A stretch of DNA of 36,171 nt from positions 75,508 to 111,678 of the forward strand of contig JBHPHX010000001.1 in the NCBI GenBank assembly GCA_042571515.1, in the 5' to 3' direction. How positions within the stretch are numbered: the first letter of the stretch is position 1; each line of letters begins with the position of its first letter. The translations under genes and the position numbers were made by a program. Source of the DNA: Patescibacteria group bacterium. Lineage in GTDB: Bacteria > Patescibacteriota > WWE3 > UBA101185 > UBA10185. The notes under the pieces were generated by a model. That model searched no databases. It was not told where the DNA came from and saw only the letters and a list, made by a program, of their open reading frames with translations. Below, piece after piece: positions 16,580-26,570 of this stretch.

Positions 16580-17982
16580 ATGGACAGTTCTATAATTTTA
16601 TTGTATAGGTCCTTGTACTTTTTTGCACTAACTTCCCAACCAAAGTCCTCTTTCATCGCAAACTTCACCATTTGTTCGTAATCACCACTTTCCCAAACTT
16701 TAAGTGCCTCAAAAATGGCCTCCACTAGTTGTTTACTTGTATATTTTTCAAAGACAAAACCGTTGTGACCGTGTTTAACAGTATCTTTCAGCCCCCCAAC
16801 CCCTCTCACAATAGGCAAACTGCCGTACCACATAGAAATCATTTGTGTTAGACCACAGGGTTCATATTTTGAGGGAATTAGGAAAAAGTCACTTGCTGCA
16901 TAAATTTCTCTGGCTAGATCCACATCAAACATAATATTGCACGACACGTCTCCCTTCAGACCTTCGGTACTATTTAGCTTCTCAAATTTTTTCTCCCAAG
17001 TAGGACTTCCTGTACCCAGTAGAACAAACTGACCACCTTTGTGAACAATTGATGGTACAGCTTCATGCAAGATATCAAGCCCTTTTTGTCTTGGATCCAA
17101 TCTAGAAATAAAGCCAAAAATAGGTTTGTCACCATCTATATTTAACCCCAATTTGTCTTTTAAACTCTCCTTGTGTCCCTTTTTAACAGTTTTCCAATTG
17201 TCAACATTAAAATCCCTTGGAAAAACCGAGTAATCAATCCCGTTTAGAATGCCCACCAACCTATCTTTTCTGGATACTAAAACATCAGTTAGATCTATAC
17301 CAAATTCTGGGGTTTTTATCTCTTCGGCGTAGCTCTCAGAAACCGTGTTAACATAATCGCTAGTAGTCACTCCCTGCAAGAGCAAACTAATATCTCCGTC
17401 TTGGATATCCCAATCTATTAGTGGGTGTACGCCTGGGTTCAAACCCAAATCCTTAACCAATTCTGGATCCCCCTTACCTTGGTAGAGCAGGTTATGGATT
17501 GTAAACAAAGTACCCGGCCTCTCCGCGTGTAGCTCTTCATTTAATAAGTGGGTAACCATGCCGGTGTGCCAGTCGTGGCAGTGAATAACGTCGTAAGTGT
17601 TAAATCTAGCCTTGATATACTCCACTACAACCCTGCAAAAGAAAGAATACATTTCCGTCTCAGAAGCATTATTTAAAAAAGCGCTCTTGCCACCAATATT
17701 GAAATACTTAGAACTCCTAGGCAATAGCACATCTACATTAGATTTGGGTAGCTTTGTCTTAAATATCTCAACCGTGTGAGACTCTCCATCAAAAGGCACC
17801 TCTATTTCCAAAGCCTTAATAAGTTTGAACTTTACTTTTTTTATTGTGGGGTAAAATGGGACAATAACATCCGCATCAATTCCTAGACTTTCTAGAGACT
17901 TAGGTAAGGAGCCTATTACATCGCCAAGACCCCCCATCTTTACAATTGGAGCCACTTCCGAGGCAGCAAGAAGTACTTTCAT
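16576..17982 (-). CDS. glgA: Glycogen synthase (GT5)
   Basis: KMGGLGDV, HCHDWH, FTIHNL.YQG, GILNGID, PSKYEPCGLTQM, GGLKDTV. Confidence 0.93.
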   Translation of the reverse strand: MKVLLAASEVAPIVKMGGLGDVIGSLPKSLESLGIDADVIVPFYPTIKKVKFKLIKALEIEVPFDGESHTVEIFKTKLPKSNVDVLLPRSSKYFNIGGKSAFLNNASETEMYSFFCRVVVEYIKARFNTYDVIHCHDWHTGMVTHLLNEELHAERPGTLFTIHNLLYQGKGDPELVKDLGLNPGVHPLIDWDIQDGDISLLLQGVTTSDYVNTVSESYAEEIKTPEFGIDLTDVLVSRKDRLVGILNGIDYSVFPRDFNVDNWKTVKKGHKESLKDKLGLNIDGDKPIFGFISRLDPRQKGLDILHEAVPSIVHKGGQFVLLGTGSPTWEKKFEKLNSTEGLKGDVSCNIMFDVDLAREIYAASDFFLIPSKYEPCGLTQMISMWYGSLPIVRGVGGLKDTVKHGHNGFVFEKYTSKQLVEAIFEALKVWESGDYEQMVKFAMKEDFGWEVSAKKYKDLYNKIIELSI

Positions 17983-18002
17983 AAGTTATAGAGTAACACA
18001 TT

Positions 18003-19475
18003 TCACATTTGCCTAAAATTCTTCTTTGCAAAATCGCTAAATTCCTTTGGATCGTGTTCAAGATATGGTTTAACAGAGGGTATTTGCCTAGCAGTCCAAA
18101 GCTCATTTACGATATGCAACACATCATAGATATCGGTACCTTGCTTCAGCTTCAAAATCGCATCCCTCCACTTAATGGCCTTTTCAAAATCTCTCTTTTC
18201 TGCTGCTTTTTTCATCTCATCCTCAAATTCTAGAATAATTTGGTTATACCACTCTGCAGGGGCGCGCTTGTTGAAAGGCTCTTTCATATATGTACTTGAG
18301 TTTTCTAAATGCATTTTCCTAATGTGTCCAGTTCTTTGCCACTCAAACGCCTGGTCCATTATTTTTCTGTATAGATCATCCGCTTTACCTAATTGTCGCT
18401 CTGAACTCCCTAGTTTAACCAACACCTCTTTTAAGCTATATGCCCCAAATTCAATCATTTCCAAACTCCACCAGGGCTTGGCCGAGGCCCACCAAAACTG
18501 ATCAGATGCAATTGCTTTGTCCATTAATTCCCTAGCCTGTTTATAATCTTCAGTTTCTTTATCTTTTTGGGATCTAACAGCTTCCAAAACATACTCCAGT
18601 AGCTCCCATTGAAGTTTGTGAATTGGGTTGCTGGGATCCTTCCAAAGTATAAAAGAATTTTGTTCGGTATATTCATCTCCCAACCAATAATCCTGTTCTT
18701 CATTTGTCCAGGTACTCGGACGAATAGAAACCTCCTCAACGTCGTTAATGTCCAATTCGGATGTAAAACTTGAGTTCATGTGATTTAGTATGTCAAACAG
18801 TACTTTTTCATGACCAATTCTATGATGTCCGAAGGTTTCAGCATCCATAACACAGAACCAATATTTACCCTGCTGTTGTAGATCTTTCGTCTCCTTTAAC
18901 AATGATTCAACATCTCTGATAACGGCAGATAGGATTAAGGCGCTTACTCTCTTGTTTCTAAAAAACACATGTAGACCAGAGTCCTTATCCTTATAAATTT
19001 TGGTGGAAACTTCACTATTTTCCTTTTTGGCAATTTGCGGGGCAGCAATCCATTTGTACCCCATCTCTAAAACGATCTTTAATACTTTTGGGTTTACAGC
19101 CATTTCGGGTGAAAAAAACCCTTTCGGGTTATATAGGTCCCCAAATACTTCCTTATGTAGGTCGTCATTAAGTTCTATTTGTCTTTTTATCTCTTCTTCC
19201 TGTAGTAAAGGTAAAAAAGCATGGTGCATACTGCTAGAAGTAAATTCGATTTGGTTTTGTTTCGCAAGTTTTTTTATATCTTCTATAACATCTTTGTACC
19301 CATTTTCTAGAAGCAGTTTTGTTAGAACACCACTAACGTTAATAGTCACTTTAGCATTTTTATTTTTTAGTAATCCTTTGAGAAGGGGTCGGTAGCTCTC
19401 GTTTACAACCCTATCCAAAATATCAAATTGCTGGTTGTGGGGCTGATAAAAATGGAGTAAAAAACAGATTTTCAC
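18003..19475 (-). CDS. Glycoside hydrolase family 57 protein with C-terminal UvrB/UvrC-type helical hairpin
   Basis: LHFYQP, ESYRP, HAFLPL, GFFSPEMA, MDAETFGHH, SDQFWW; EMKKAAEKRDFEKAIKWRD near the C-terminus. GTG start. Confidence 0.85.
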   Translation of the reverse strand: MKICFLLHFYQPHNQQFDILDRVVNESYRPLLKGLLKNKNAKVTINVSGVLTKLLLENGYKDVIEDIKKLAKQNQIEFTSSSMHHAFLPLLQEEEIKRQIELNDDLHKEVFGDLYNPKGFFSPEMAVNPKVLKIVLEMGYKWIAAPQIAKKENSEVSTKIYKDKDSGLHVFFRNKRVSALILSAVIRDVESLLKETKDLQQQGKYWFCVMDAETFGHHRIGHEKVLFDILNHMNSSFTSELDINDVEEVSIRPSTWTNEEQDYWLGDEYTEQNSFILWKDPSNPIHKLQWELLEYVLEAVRSQKDKETEDYKQARELMDKAIASDQFWWASAKPWWSLEMIEFGAYSLKEVLVKLGSSERQLGKADDLYRKIMDQAFEWQRTGHIRKMHLENSSTYMKEPFNKRAPAEWYNQIILEFEDEMKKAAEKRDFEKAIKWRDAILKLKQGTDIYDVLHIVNELWTARQIPSVKPYLEHDPKEFSDFAKKNFRQM

Positions 19476-20692
19476 AGTTTTCCTTCAATTTCTGCGACTT
19501 TTTCAGCTATGCCGGAAGTATCCTGACCTATTCTGGCATACTTTTCATACTGGGCCAGAATTTCTCTAATTATCTCTGGGTTGTAGAGATTTTTCCCCAT
19601 GATTTCTTTTTTTGAGGCCCACCAAAATTGATCACTATTCATAAGTTGTAAAACTAATAATTCTTTAGAAATATCTTTCTCAAAAACCTCATTTTGTATA
19701 GAGCCTAACTTTTCTGTATCCCAAATTGGGAACGCTCCTAAATTCTCAATAACTTCTGTTGGGGTTTCCGGCTTGTAATTTTCTAAAACTTCATTTAACA
19801 AATTCCACAGCTCGTCCTGTACCTCGCTCCCAGAATTTACCCAAAATGGATAAATATTTCCATCGGAAATATCCTCTAAGGAAGCCCCCCAGGTGGACTC
19901 TGCTATATTATTGACATTTTGATTAACGCCATCCCCCATTGCTTGAGAAACCGTTGTCATATTTATTCCGAAATTTTCACACTCACTTAATAAACCCTCC
20001 AGGACATAAATCCCCTCTTTATAGTGATGTCCAAAATATTCCGCATCCAGCGCTACTACGGCAATATCTTTTATTTTTTGAGCCTCCGAAAGAATGTCAT
20101 GAACATCTGTGTCGCGTTTAAATGAAATTAGGTTACTCAGTCCTGTGTGTCTGACTGCAATTTTTATCTGTGAATCCTCCAAGTTTAGAAAGGCTTTGTC
20201 CCGTTTTTCTACGGCAACAGAATCCACCAAAACCCACTCGTACCCCAAGTCATTTAAGACTCGTACCACAGATTCGGATACTGCCAATTCGGGCGGGAAG
20301 AATCCTCTTACATTTTTAACTAAAATGGCGTCCTCTCCCTCAAAACCCTTATGGTTACCAAAATAAAATCCCAGACCATACTCATTTAATAAAATTTGCT
20401 TCTCTACCGCCCAATCTGGCATTTTCGGCAACAGGGCGTGGTAAGCCGCGCTTGAAACCAACTCAATAGAACCAGTCTCTGATAGTTCTTTGATTGAATC
20501 TAGGAACTCGGAATATCCATGCTTGTGGAGTTGATAAATTGTGCTAAGTGGAATACTCAATGTTACAGATGCGTGTTTGTTGTTTTTTAGGAACCGTACT
20601 AAAGGCAAATACGAGGCATCAGCAATCTTCCTAAAGACTTTTGGGTCTTGAAAGGAGGGTTGATACATATGCAAGACAAGAGCTAAATTCAC
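19472..20692 (-). CDS. Glycoside hydrolase family 57 protein
   Basis: LHMYQP, YHALLP, GFFPPELA, LDAEYFGHH, SDQFWW. GTG start. Confidence 0.85.
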   Translation of the reverse strand: MNLALVLHMYQPSFQDPKVFRKIADASYLPLVRFLKNNKHASVTLSIPLSTIYQLHKHGYSEFLDSIKELSETGSIELVSSAAYHALLPKMPDWAVEKQILLNEYGLGFYFGNHKGFEGEDAILVKNVRGFFPPELAVSESVVRVLNDLGYEWVLVDSVAVEKRDKAFLNLEDSQIKIAVRHTGLSNLISFKRDTDVHDILSEAQKIKDIAVVALDAEYFGHHYKEGIYVLEGLLSECENFGINMTTVSQAMGDGVNQNVNNIAESTWGASLEDISDGNIYPFWVNSGSEVQDELWNLLNEVLENYKPETPTEVIENLGAFPIWDTEKLGSIQNEVFEKDISKELLVLQLMNSDQFWWASKKEIMGKNLYNPEIIREILAQYEKYARIGQDTSGIAEKVAEIEGKL

Positions 20693-20714
20693 AGAGTGAT
20701 TATACCAAAACGAA

Positions 20715-20816
20715 CAAAAAATCCCAGAGTTTGTCCTGGGAGAGACCGTCTCATATTCTCCTGCCCACAGAATAAGAGACGTTAACGTCTAACCCAGGAC
20801 AAGCCCTAGGATTAGT
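20715..20816 (-). ncRNA. Candidate ~100-nt rod-shaped small RNA
   Basis: Own near-consensus promoter; nested pairing aatcc/ggatt, ttgtcctggg/cccaggacaa, agac/gtct, cgtctc/gagacg, tattct/agaata; ends in a U6 tract. Confidence 0.55.
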
Positions 20817-20822
20817 GCAGTC

Positions 20823-20851
20823 AGTATAGCAAATGTATATAGGTCTGTCAA
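20823..20851 (-). promoter_or_regulatory. Sigma70 promoter of the candidate sRNA
   Basis: Minus-strand TTGACA-17 bp-TATACT with an extended TG. Confidence 0.75.
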
Positions 20852-20854
20852 ATA

Positions 20855-22387
20855 TTAGGAGAGGTAATCCTCTATAGTTTTTTCGTCAACATTTTTCTTA
20901 CTTCTGAACAGAGTTGCTAGGTCATAAAGTTTCACATACTCCTTACCACTGAACCCCCAGCTAAAGTCTGACTTCATAGCATTAGTTTGTAGCTTCTTCC
21001 ATAATTTTTTATTCCTAAAAAGTTCTGCCGCTCTAATAATGGAAGCAAAAAGTGAAAAAACATCAAAGTCGGAAAACACAAAACCGTTTCCTTTTTTGGT
21101 AACGGAATCAAAATTTTCAACCGTGTCAGCTAGACCTCCCACCTTTCTTACGATTGGGACAGCACCATACCTCAAAGCTTCAATCTGTACGATTCCACAA
21201 GGCTCAAATCTGGAAGGGAATAATATACAATCACAGCCACCGAACACAAGCCGTGGTAACGTAAAGTTGGGAAAGGGGTGAAGACCAACCTTATCAGGAA
21301 ACCTTTTTTTCAAATCTCTCAAACTATTAAGCAATCCCTCATCCCCTCCTCCGATTTGTACAAATTGCACATCATAATCCTTCATAACATGGTGTAAGGT
21401 TTCAACAATTAGATCCACTCCTTTTTGATACTCTACCCTACCCACAAATCCCAGTAATAAGGTATCCTTCTTTACTGGCAAGTCAAACTCTCTTTGCAGG
21501 GCAGCCTTATTTTTTGCTCGTAAGTCTATGGAACCAATATCAAAGTTTTGCGCCAGTAAGTTGTCCGTTTTAGGATTATACTCGTCGTAGTCGAGCCCAT
21601 TTATTATTCCAAATAACTTACCCCTAAGTTCCAATAATAGCCTGTCCAACCCCTCACCAAATTCTGGTGTAAGAATTTCTTTGGCATAGGTTTTGGAAAC
21701 AGCATTTACAACATCTGAGTAAAGAATCCCTCTCTTCATAAAATTCTGGGAGTCTAAAACAGGAGAAAAGAATGGAGCTACAGGGGACTTACCATCGTCA
21801 AAGGCCAATTCTGAGCTATTTCTGGAACTTAACATATGTCCCTGAATTGATAAATTATGAATAGTAAATACAGTTGCTATATTTGCTAGTTCAGGATCTT
21901 TTTTTAACTCTGTTTTAATATAATTAGAAACAATTCCGGTGTGCCAGTCGTTGCAGTGAATTATATCTGGCACAAACTTTCCGGTTTTTATAAACTCTAT
22001 AACTCCCCTTGAGAGTAGCGCCCACCTGATGGGGTCATCACTATATCCGTAAACATTTGCTCTTTTTTCATAGTATTCTTGATTCTCTAAAAAATAAGAA
22101 GTAACACCATGCTCACTTCGATGACTTTTAACATTACATATTAAATGGGGGTTGTTCTCATCTGAAGTTGGCACCTTCAAACCACGGCAAACAGAACGTA
22201 ATTTAAACTTATCTTGATCAATAGAGCCATATTTTGGCATAAATGGCCTCACTTCGCAGCCGAGATTGTTCAAAGTTCCTGAAAGATAGGCTACAACATT
22301 GGAAAAACCACCAACAGTAGCGTAGGGGGCGGCCTCCGCAGCGACCATTAATACTTTATATTTCTTCTTTTTTACCGATCTGACCAT
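20855..22387 (-). CDS. glgA: Second glycogen synthase (GT5)
   Basis: HCNDWH, FTIHNL, GIINGLD, QKGVDL, PSRFEPCGIVQ, GGLADTV. The N-terminal KxGG motif is altered to TVGG. Confidence 0.88.
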   Translation of the reverse strand: MVRSVKKKKYKVLMVAAEAAPYATVGGFSNVVAYLSGTLNNLGCEVRPFMPKYGSIDQDKFKLRSVCRGLKVPTSDENNPHLICNVKSHRSEHGVTSYFLENQEYYEKRANVYGYSDDPIRWALLSRGVIEFIKTGKFVPDIIHCNDWHTGIVSNYIKTELKKDPELANIATVFTIHNLSIQGHMLSSRNSSELAFDDGKSPVAPFFSPVLDSQNFMKRGILYSDVVNAVSKTYAKEILTPEFGEGLDRLLLELRGKLFGIINGLDYDEYNPKTDNLLAQNFDIGSIDLRAKNKAALQREFDLPVKKDTLLLGFVGRVEYQKGVDLIVETLHHVMKDYDVQFVQIGGGDEGLLNSLRDLKKRFPDKVGLHPFPNFTLPRLVFGGCDCILFPSRFEPCGIVQIEALRYGAVPIVRKVGGLADTVENFDSVTKKGNGFVFSDFDVFSLFASIIRAAELFRNKKLWKKLQTNAMKSDFSWGFSGKEYVKLYDLATLFRSKKNVDEKTIEDYLS

Positions 22388-22434
22388 GGTCAGATTGTAC
22401 CATAAAGTAGTCTGAAAAGCTTTAACCGCGGGCG

Positions 22435-23373
22435 TTAATCTATTACGCTCTCTATTTCCTCTTTGAAGTTGGTGTCTCCAAAGGCTTCTGCATCTTTTTT
22501 CAACTGTTCCTTTGAGACAACAAATAATCCATGCATTTCCTCCTTGTTAGCGTATATGGTGTCCTCATCTGTCAAAATAAGACAGAGTTGGGCATCCGTT
22601 TGTTCTGCCGGAGTTAGTCTTAGCGCTTTCTCAAAAAAGTTCTTGTCAACACTTCTTGCATAAATGTGAAGGGCTGCAAAGGGTTTGATTGGCTTGTGCA
22701 AGGACAGGCCCGCATTAAGGGTAAACGCATAGTCCTTATCTGCATCTCGTGCACTTTTATCAATATTCTGTGCAATTTCCTTTAAACCACCTAGCATGCT
22801 TCTGTAGTAAAGAAAGGATGGGGTTTGTTTCTCGGGTTTTGGGGCTGGGGCCGGCTCAGGTGCTGGTTCGTCACCACCCAATGAGGCTACTTCTTCCTTG
22901 GGGGGAGCAGGTTGCTCCTCCTTGAATTTGTTGGCTGCCTCTCTGAATTTTGCTAACCAATCTACATCTTCCTCAGTTTGGCTGGGTTGTTCCGCGGGGG
23001 GTGCAGGGGGTGGAGGAGGTGGAGCTGGAGGAGAAACTGGTTGTTTCTCGACCTTTGGTTCAGGAACGGGATCTGGAACTACTGGGGCTTTTGGAGCAGG
23101 GGGAGTTGGTTCAGAAACAGGTTTAGCCTGAACAACAGGGAGCGCCAGGGCCTCTTCTTCCTCAACTTCAAGTTCTGCTGCAACTTGATCTGGGACACCG
23201 CTAGGATACAAAAAGTCTAAAATATTATCTTTTGTAAACCTATGTCTGCCAGTAGCTGTCTTAACGTCAGCAATTAATTTTCCATCCTCCAAGTATCTGT
23301 AGACGGAGCGGAGGCTAACTCCAAGAATTTTGGCCACTTCCGTGGTCGTATAAAGTTTATCTTCTAATTTCAT
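22435..23373 (-). CDS. Excisionase/MerR-type HTH protein with Pro-rich linker and AbiEi-like C-terminal domain
   Basis: YTTTEVAKILGVSLRSVYRYLEDGKL..T.TGRHRF; PPAPPPPPPAPP; YAFTLNAG..LHIYA...GLFVVSKEQLKKD. Upstream TTGACA-17 bp-TTTCAT. Confidence 0.75.
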   Translation of the reverse strand: MKLEDKLYTTTEVAKILGVSLRSVYRYLEDGKLIADVKTATGRHRFTKDNILDFLYPSGVPDQVAAELEVEEEEALALPVVQAKPVSEPTPPAPKAPVVPDPVPEPKVEKQPVSPPAPPPPPPAPPAEQPSQTEEDVDWLAKFREAANKFKEEQPAPPKEEVASLGGDEPAPEPAPAPKPEKQTPSFLYYRSMLGGLKEIAQNIDKSARDADKDYAFTLNAGLSLHKPIKPFAALHIYARSVDKNFFEKALRLTPAEQTDAQLCLILTDEDTIYANKEEMHGLFVVSKEQLKKDAEAFGDTNFKEEIESVID

Positions 23374-23419
23374 ATATAAATGAAACCATTAGGCATTAAA
23401 CATGTCAATTAGTTTCGGG

Positions 23420-24310
23420 TTATATTTTGTGAGTTTTAATGAATTGAAGCATTACTTTTACTGGAAATAGCGGGAATGACATAAAAATTCGTTTAAATCT
23501 CCAAGGCTGGATAAATAGACTATACAACCACTCAATATGTAGGGTTTTATAAATTTTATTAGGCTCTGGCATATAACCGGTTAAATAGTCAAACTTTCTG
23601 CCTATACCAATACCAACTTTCATAGGAATACTAGACTTATTGCGCGCAAACCACTTTTCCTGGAAAACAGGACCATAAGCAATTAAAATTAAATCTATAG
23701 TTGATATATTATGACTTTTCAACAACTTCCTTATATAAGATCCTGTTTTGGTGTCGTCCTTTGCATTTCTGTCAAACTGGGATGTTGCTCCAATAATGTT
23801 AATGGTGGGATATTTCTTCCTTAGAACTTCTGCTGCATCTGCTGCCATGTCGTAATTTCCATCCTCAAAATTTCCTTTTTTGTCTCTTGGTCTCCCCCCA
23901 AGTAGGAGTACACTTTTCCCATTTTCTGCTGCATACTTAAGTAGCTTTTCCGACAGCTCTATACCAGTTATTATCTCCCCAATTCCATTTTTTTTAAAAC
24001 TTTGAATAAATCCTACCTTCAGTCCAGCTAATATCACTTTTGGGTAAAACATTACCCCTCTTTTAATATTGCTCGCCTCTTTCAAAAACGCTTCCGCTTG
24101 TAGCACCCCAACACCATCAGGCATGGAGTATGAAGATTCGTTAAGTATCCTTTTAAATTCTTTATCTTGTTGGGCACGCATTATAAAGTAGGGGCTCGTA
24201 GTAGCAATTAGGTGTGAGCCCTTTGTATCGAATAAATTAGCAACTGCCTCAACTGCAGTATCTATTGTAAAACCAAAATCTACGTTTACATCAAGTATCT
24301 TTTTCTTCAT
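23420..24310 (-). CDS. WecB/TagA/CpsF family glycosyltransferase
   Basis: PDGVGV, ITGIEL, VLLLGG, AYGPVFQEKW, GIG..FDYLTG, EWLYSLFIQPWR. Confidence 0.88.
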   Translation of the reverse strand: MKKKILDVNVDFGFTIDTAVEAVANLFDTKGSHLIATTSPYFIMRAQQDKEFKRILNESSYSMPDGVGVLQAEAFLKEASNIKRGVMFYPKVILAGLKVGFIQSFKKNGIGEIITGIELSEKLLKYAAENGKSVLLLGGRPRDKKGNFEDGNYDMAADAAEVLRKKYPTINIIGATSQFDRNAKDDTKTGSYIRKLLKSHNISTIDLILIAYGPVFQEKWFARNKSSIPMKVGIGIGRKFDYLTGYMPEPNKIYKTLHIEWLYSLFIQPWRFKRIFMSFPLFPVKVMLQFIKTHKI

Positions 24311-24312
24311 TT

Positions 24313-25317
24313 CTAGTCCTTTATCATACTCTTACTAAATATTTCTAGATTTTCTATGGATCTACCCAAACCTTGAACCACGCAATAGAGGGGATCATCT
24401 GCTAAATGAGCAGGGACGCCGGTAAAAGAACTAATATATTTGTCTAGGTTTTTCAGTAGGGCGCCTCCCCCACTTAGGACAATACCTTTGTCTATAATAT
24501 CTGATGCTAATTCTGGCGGGGTTTTCTCCAAAACATTTTTCACACCTGAAGCAATACTTGAAATGGGAGACTCTAGACAAGAGACAACCTCTGTGGAAGT
24601 AAGGTTAATAGTTTTGGGAAACCCGGAGATAGAGTCTCTACCCTTCACCTCCATACTTTGCTCCTTGTGCAGTGGAACCGCAGCACCAATCGTAATTTTG
24701 ACATTCTCTGACATGTTAGGACCAATTACTAGCCCGTGCTGGCGTCTGACATACTGTGCTATTGCCTCATCTAAAGTGGTACCTCCAATCCTTATGCTTC
24801 CATGCACAACCATGCCATATAGCGAAACAATCGCGATTTCCGTAGTTCCGCCGCCTATATTTACAATCATATTGCCGCTTGCCTCCGAAACTGGCAGTCC
24901 AGCCCCAATGGCAGCAGCCAGCGGCTCAGGCATTAGGTAGGCTTTGCGTGCTCCAGCGGAATAAGCTGCCTCAATAACAGCACGTGCCTCCACGGAAGTG
25001 GCCCCAGCTGGAATGGAAATCATAACATCGGGTTTAAGTAACCTGGATCTGCCTATGGCTTTACCAACAAAATATCTAAGAAGGGCTTCCGTGACTAGAT
25101 AGTCTGCAATAACTCCACTGCGCAAAGGCTTCAGGGCCTCAATATTCTCCGGCGTTTTACCCAGCATATTGCGGGCTTCTTCTCCCACCGCAACTATTTT
25201 TTCGTCATCTTTGGAAATAGCCACAACGGTTGGCTCTTTTAAAATCACACCCTTGCCGGAAACATACACTATAGAGTTGGCAGTACCTAGATCAATAGCA
25301 ATTTTTCTCGAAAGCAT
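24313..25317 (-). CDS. mreB: Rod shape-determining actin homolog MreB/Mbl
   Basis: IAIDLGTANS, EPTVVA, GVIADY, EPLAAAIGAGLP, IGGGTTE, TPPELASDI, LSGGGALL. Confidence 0.95.
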   Translation of the reverse strand: MLSRKIAIDLGTANSIVYVSGKGVILKEPTVVAISKDDEKIVAVGEEARNMLGKTPENIEALKPLRSGVIADYLVTEALLRYFVGKAIGRSRLLKPDVMISIPAGATSVEARAVIEAAYSAGARKAYLMPEPLAAAIGAGLPVSEASGNMIVNIGGGTTEIAIVSLYGMVVHGSIRIGGTTLDEAIAQYVRRQHGLVIGPNMSENVKITIGAAVPLHKEQSMEVKGRDSISGFPKTINLTSTEVVSCLESPISSIASGVKNVLEKTPPELASDIIDKGIVLSGGGALLKNLDKYISSFTGVPAHLADDPLYCVVQGLGRSIENLEIFSKSMIKD

Positions 25318-25412
25318 ACGTGTATTATATCAAGTTCGGTTTTCCTTTCATAACGGTAAGAAACTACCAAATTTCCAGAGAAAATAGAATTTTGGTATGG
25401 TAAAATCCTTTT

Positions 25413-26570
25413 ATGCTTCAAAGAAGTGGGTTTCAAACATTATTAACATTAATTATATTAGTGGGCATGACCACCCTGCTTTTTTTGTATACCTCGGGAT
25501 ATAGAATTCAACGCGAGAAAGACAGCACTACAATTGACCTAACAAAAACGGGCATGATAGGAGCAAAATCTGTACCCGATGGGGCCAACGTGTATTTAGA
25601 TGGAAAACTTAGAACCGCTACAGATGACACCATCGCAGGAGTGGAACCAGGAATACATACATTAAAAATCGCTAAAAAAGGATATGAGGTTTGGGAAAAA
25701 GAGATTGAGGTATTCGAAGAATTGGTTTCTGATATAACTGCTATCTTAGTATCCCAAAGCCCAAGACTGGAACCACTAACAAATACTGGGGCACAAAACC
25801 CAAGTATCTCCCCTTCTCTAGATAAGCTTGCATATTTCTCAAAAGACGAAACATCCCCTGGGGTATGGGTACTCTCTATGGGCCAAGGAGCAATTGGGCT
25901 TTTTAAAACAAATCCCGCCGTCATCTTAGAAGACACTGTCATAAACAAATATTCAGAGGGAGAGTCCATTATGTGGTCTCCAGATGAAACACAGCTTCTA
26001 GTGCAAATGGCACCTGGTAGACACTACCTAGTAGATTTACAAACCAATACTGCAAGGACTGTAATAAATTTAGACACTCTATTAGTAGATTGGAGAGCTA
26101 TACAAGATAAGAAGCGCGTGGATTTCATTTCCAAATTGGATATTCCCGACAACATAAAACAACTGGCTGTTTCTGAGGAAGTCTCCTGGGCTCCGGATCA
26201 GAAAAAATTTCTATATACTGAGCAGGTAGGCGACACACTTCAGTATCGTGTATACAACATGGAAAAACCCTTACCTGTTGGGGAAAAGGTAGAAACAGTC
26301 GTCTTTGAAACGAACGCCAACTCTCTTCAACCAACTGTAACTTGGTATGCGGATAGTTTCCACTTGCTTTTGGCCGAAGGTAATATAGAAGGAGAAAAGC
26401 AAGGAATTATTTATATAATCAGAATTGATGGTTCCAATAAGACCGAGGTCTACAGCAATACTCTACACTCTCCACATGTCTATAGCGCGCCGGGGGGAGA
26501 CAAAGTAATAGTTCTAACTTCTGTGAAGTCTGGAGAGCAAATTAATTTATATACTGTTGGGCTTCGTTAA
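25413..26570 (+). CDS. Membrane-anchored PEGA-domain protein with TolB-like repeats
   Basis: N-terminal TM, TGMIGAKSVPDGANVYLDG..PGIHTLKIAKKGYEVW, repeated (W)SPD motifs. Confidence 0.8.
   Translation: MLQRSGFQTLLTLIILVGMTTLLFLYTSGYRIQREKDSTTIDLTKTGMIGAKSVPDGANVYLDGKLRTATDDTIAGVEPGIHTLKIAKKGYEVWEKEIEVFEELVSDITAILVSQSPRLEPLTNTGAQNPSISPSLDKLAYFSKDETSPGVWVLSMGQGAIGLFKTNPAVILEDTVINKYSEGESIMWSPDETQLLVQMAPGRHYLVDLQTNTARTVINLDTLLVDWRAIQDKKRVDFISKLDIPDNIKQLAVSEEVSWAPDQKKFLYTEQVGDTLQYRVYNMEKPLPVGEKVETVVFETNANSLQPTVTWYADSFHLLLAEGNIEGEKQGIIYIIRIDGSNKTEVYSNTLHSPHVYSAPGGDKVIVLTSVKSGEQINLYTVGLR

Noticed and set aside
20715-20816. Canonical SRP (4.5S) RNA call
   Set aside because: Size and rod shape fit, but the conserved domain-IV motif and GNRA loop are absent.
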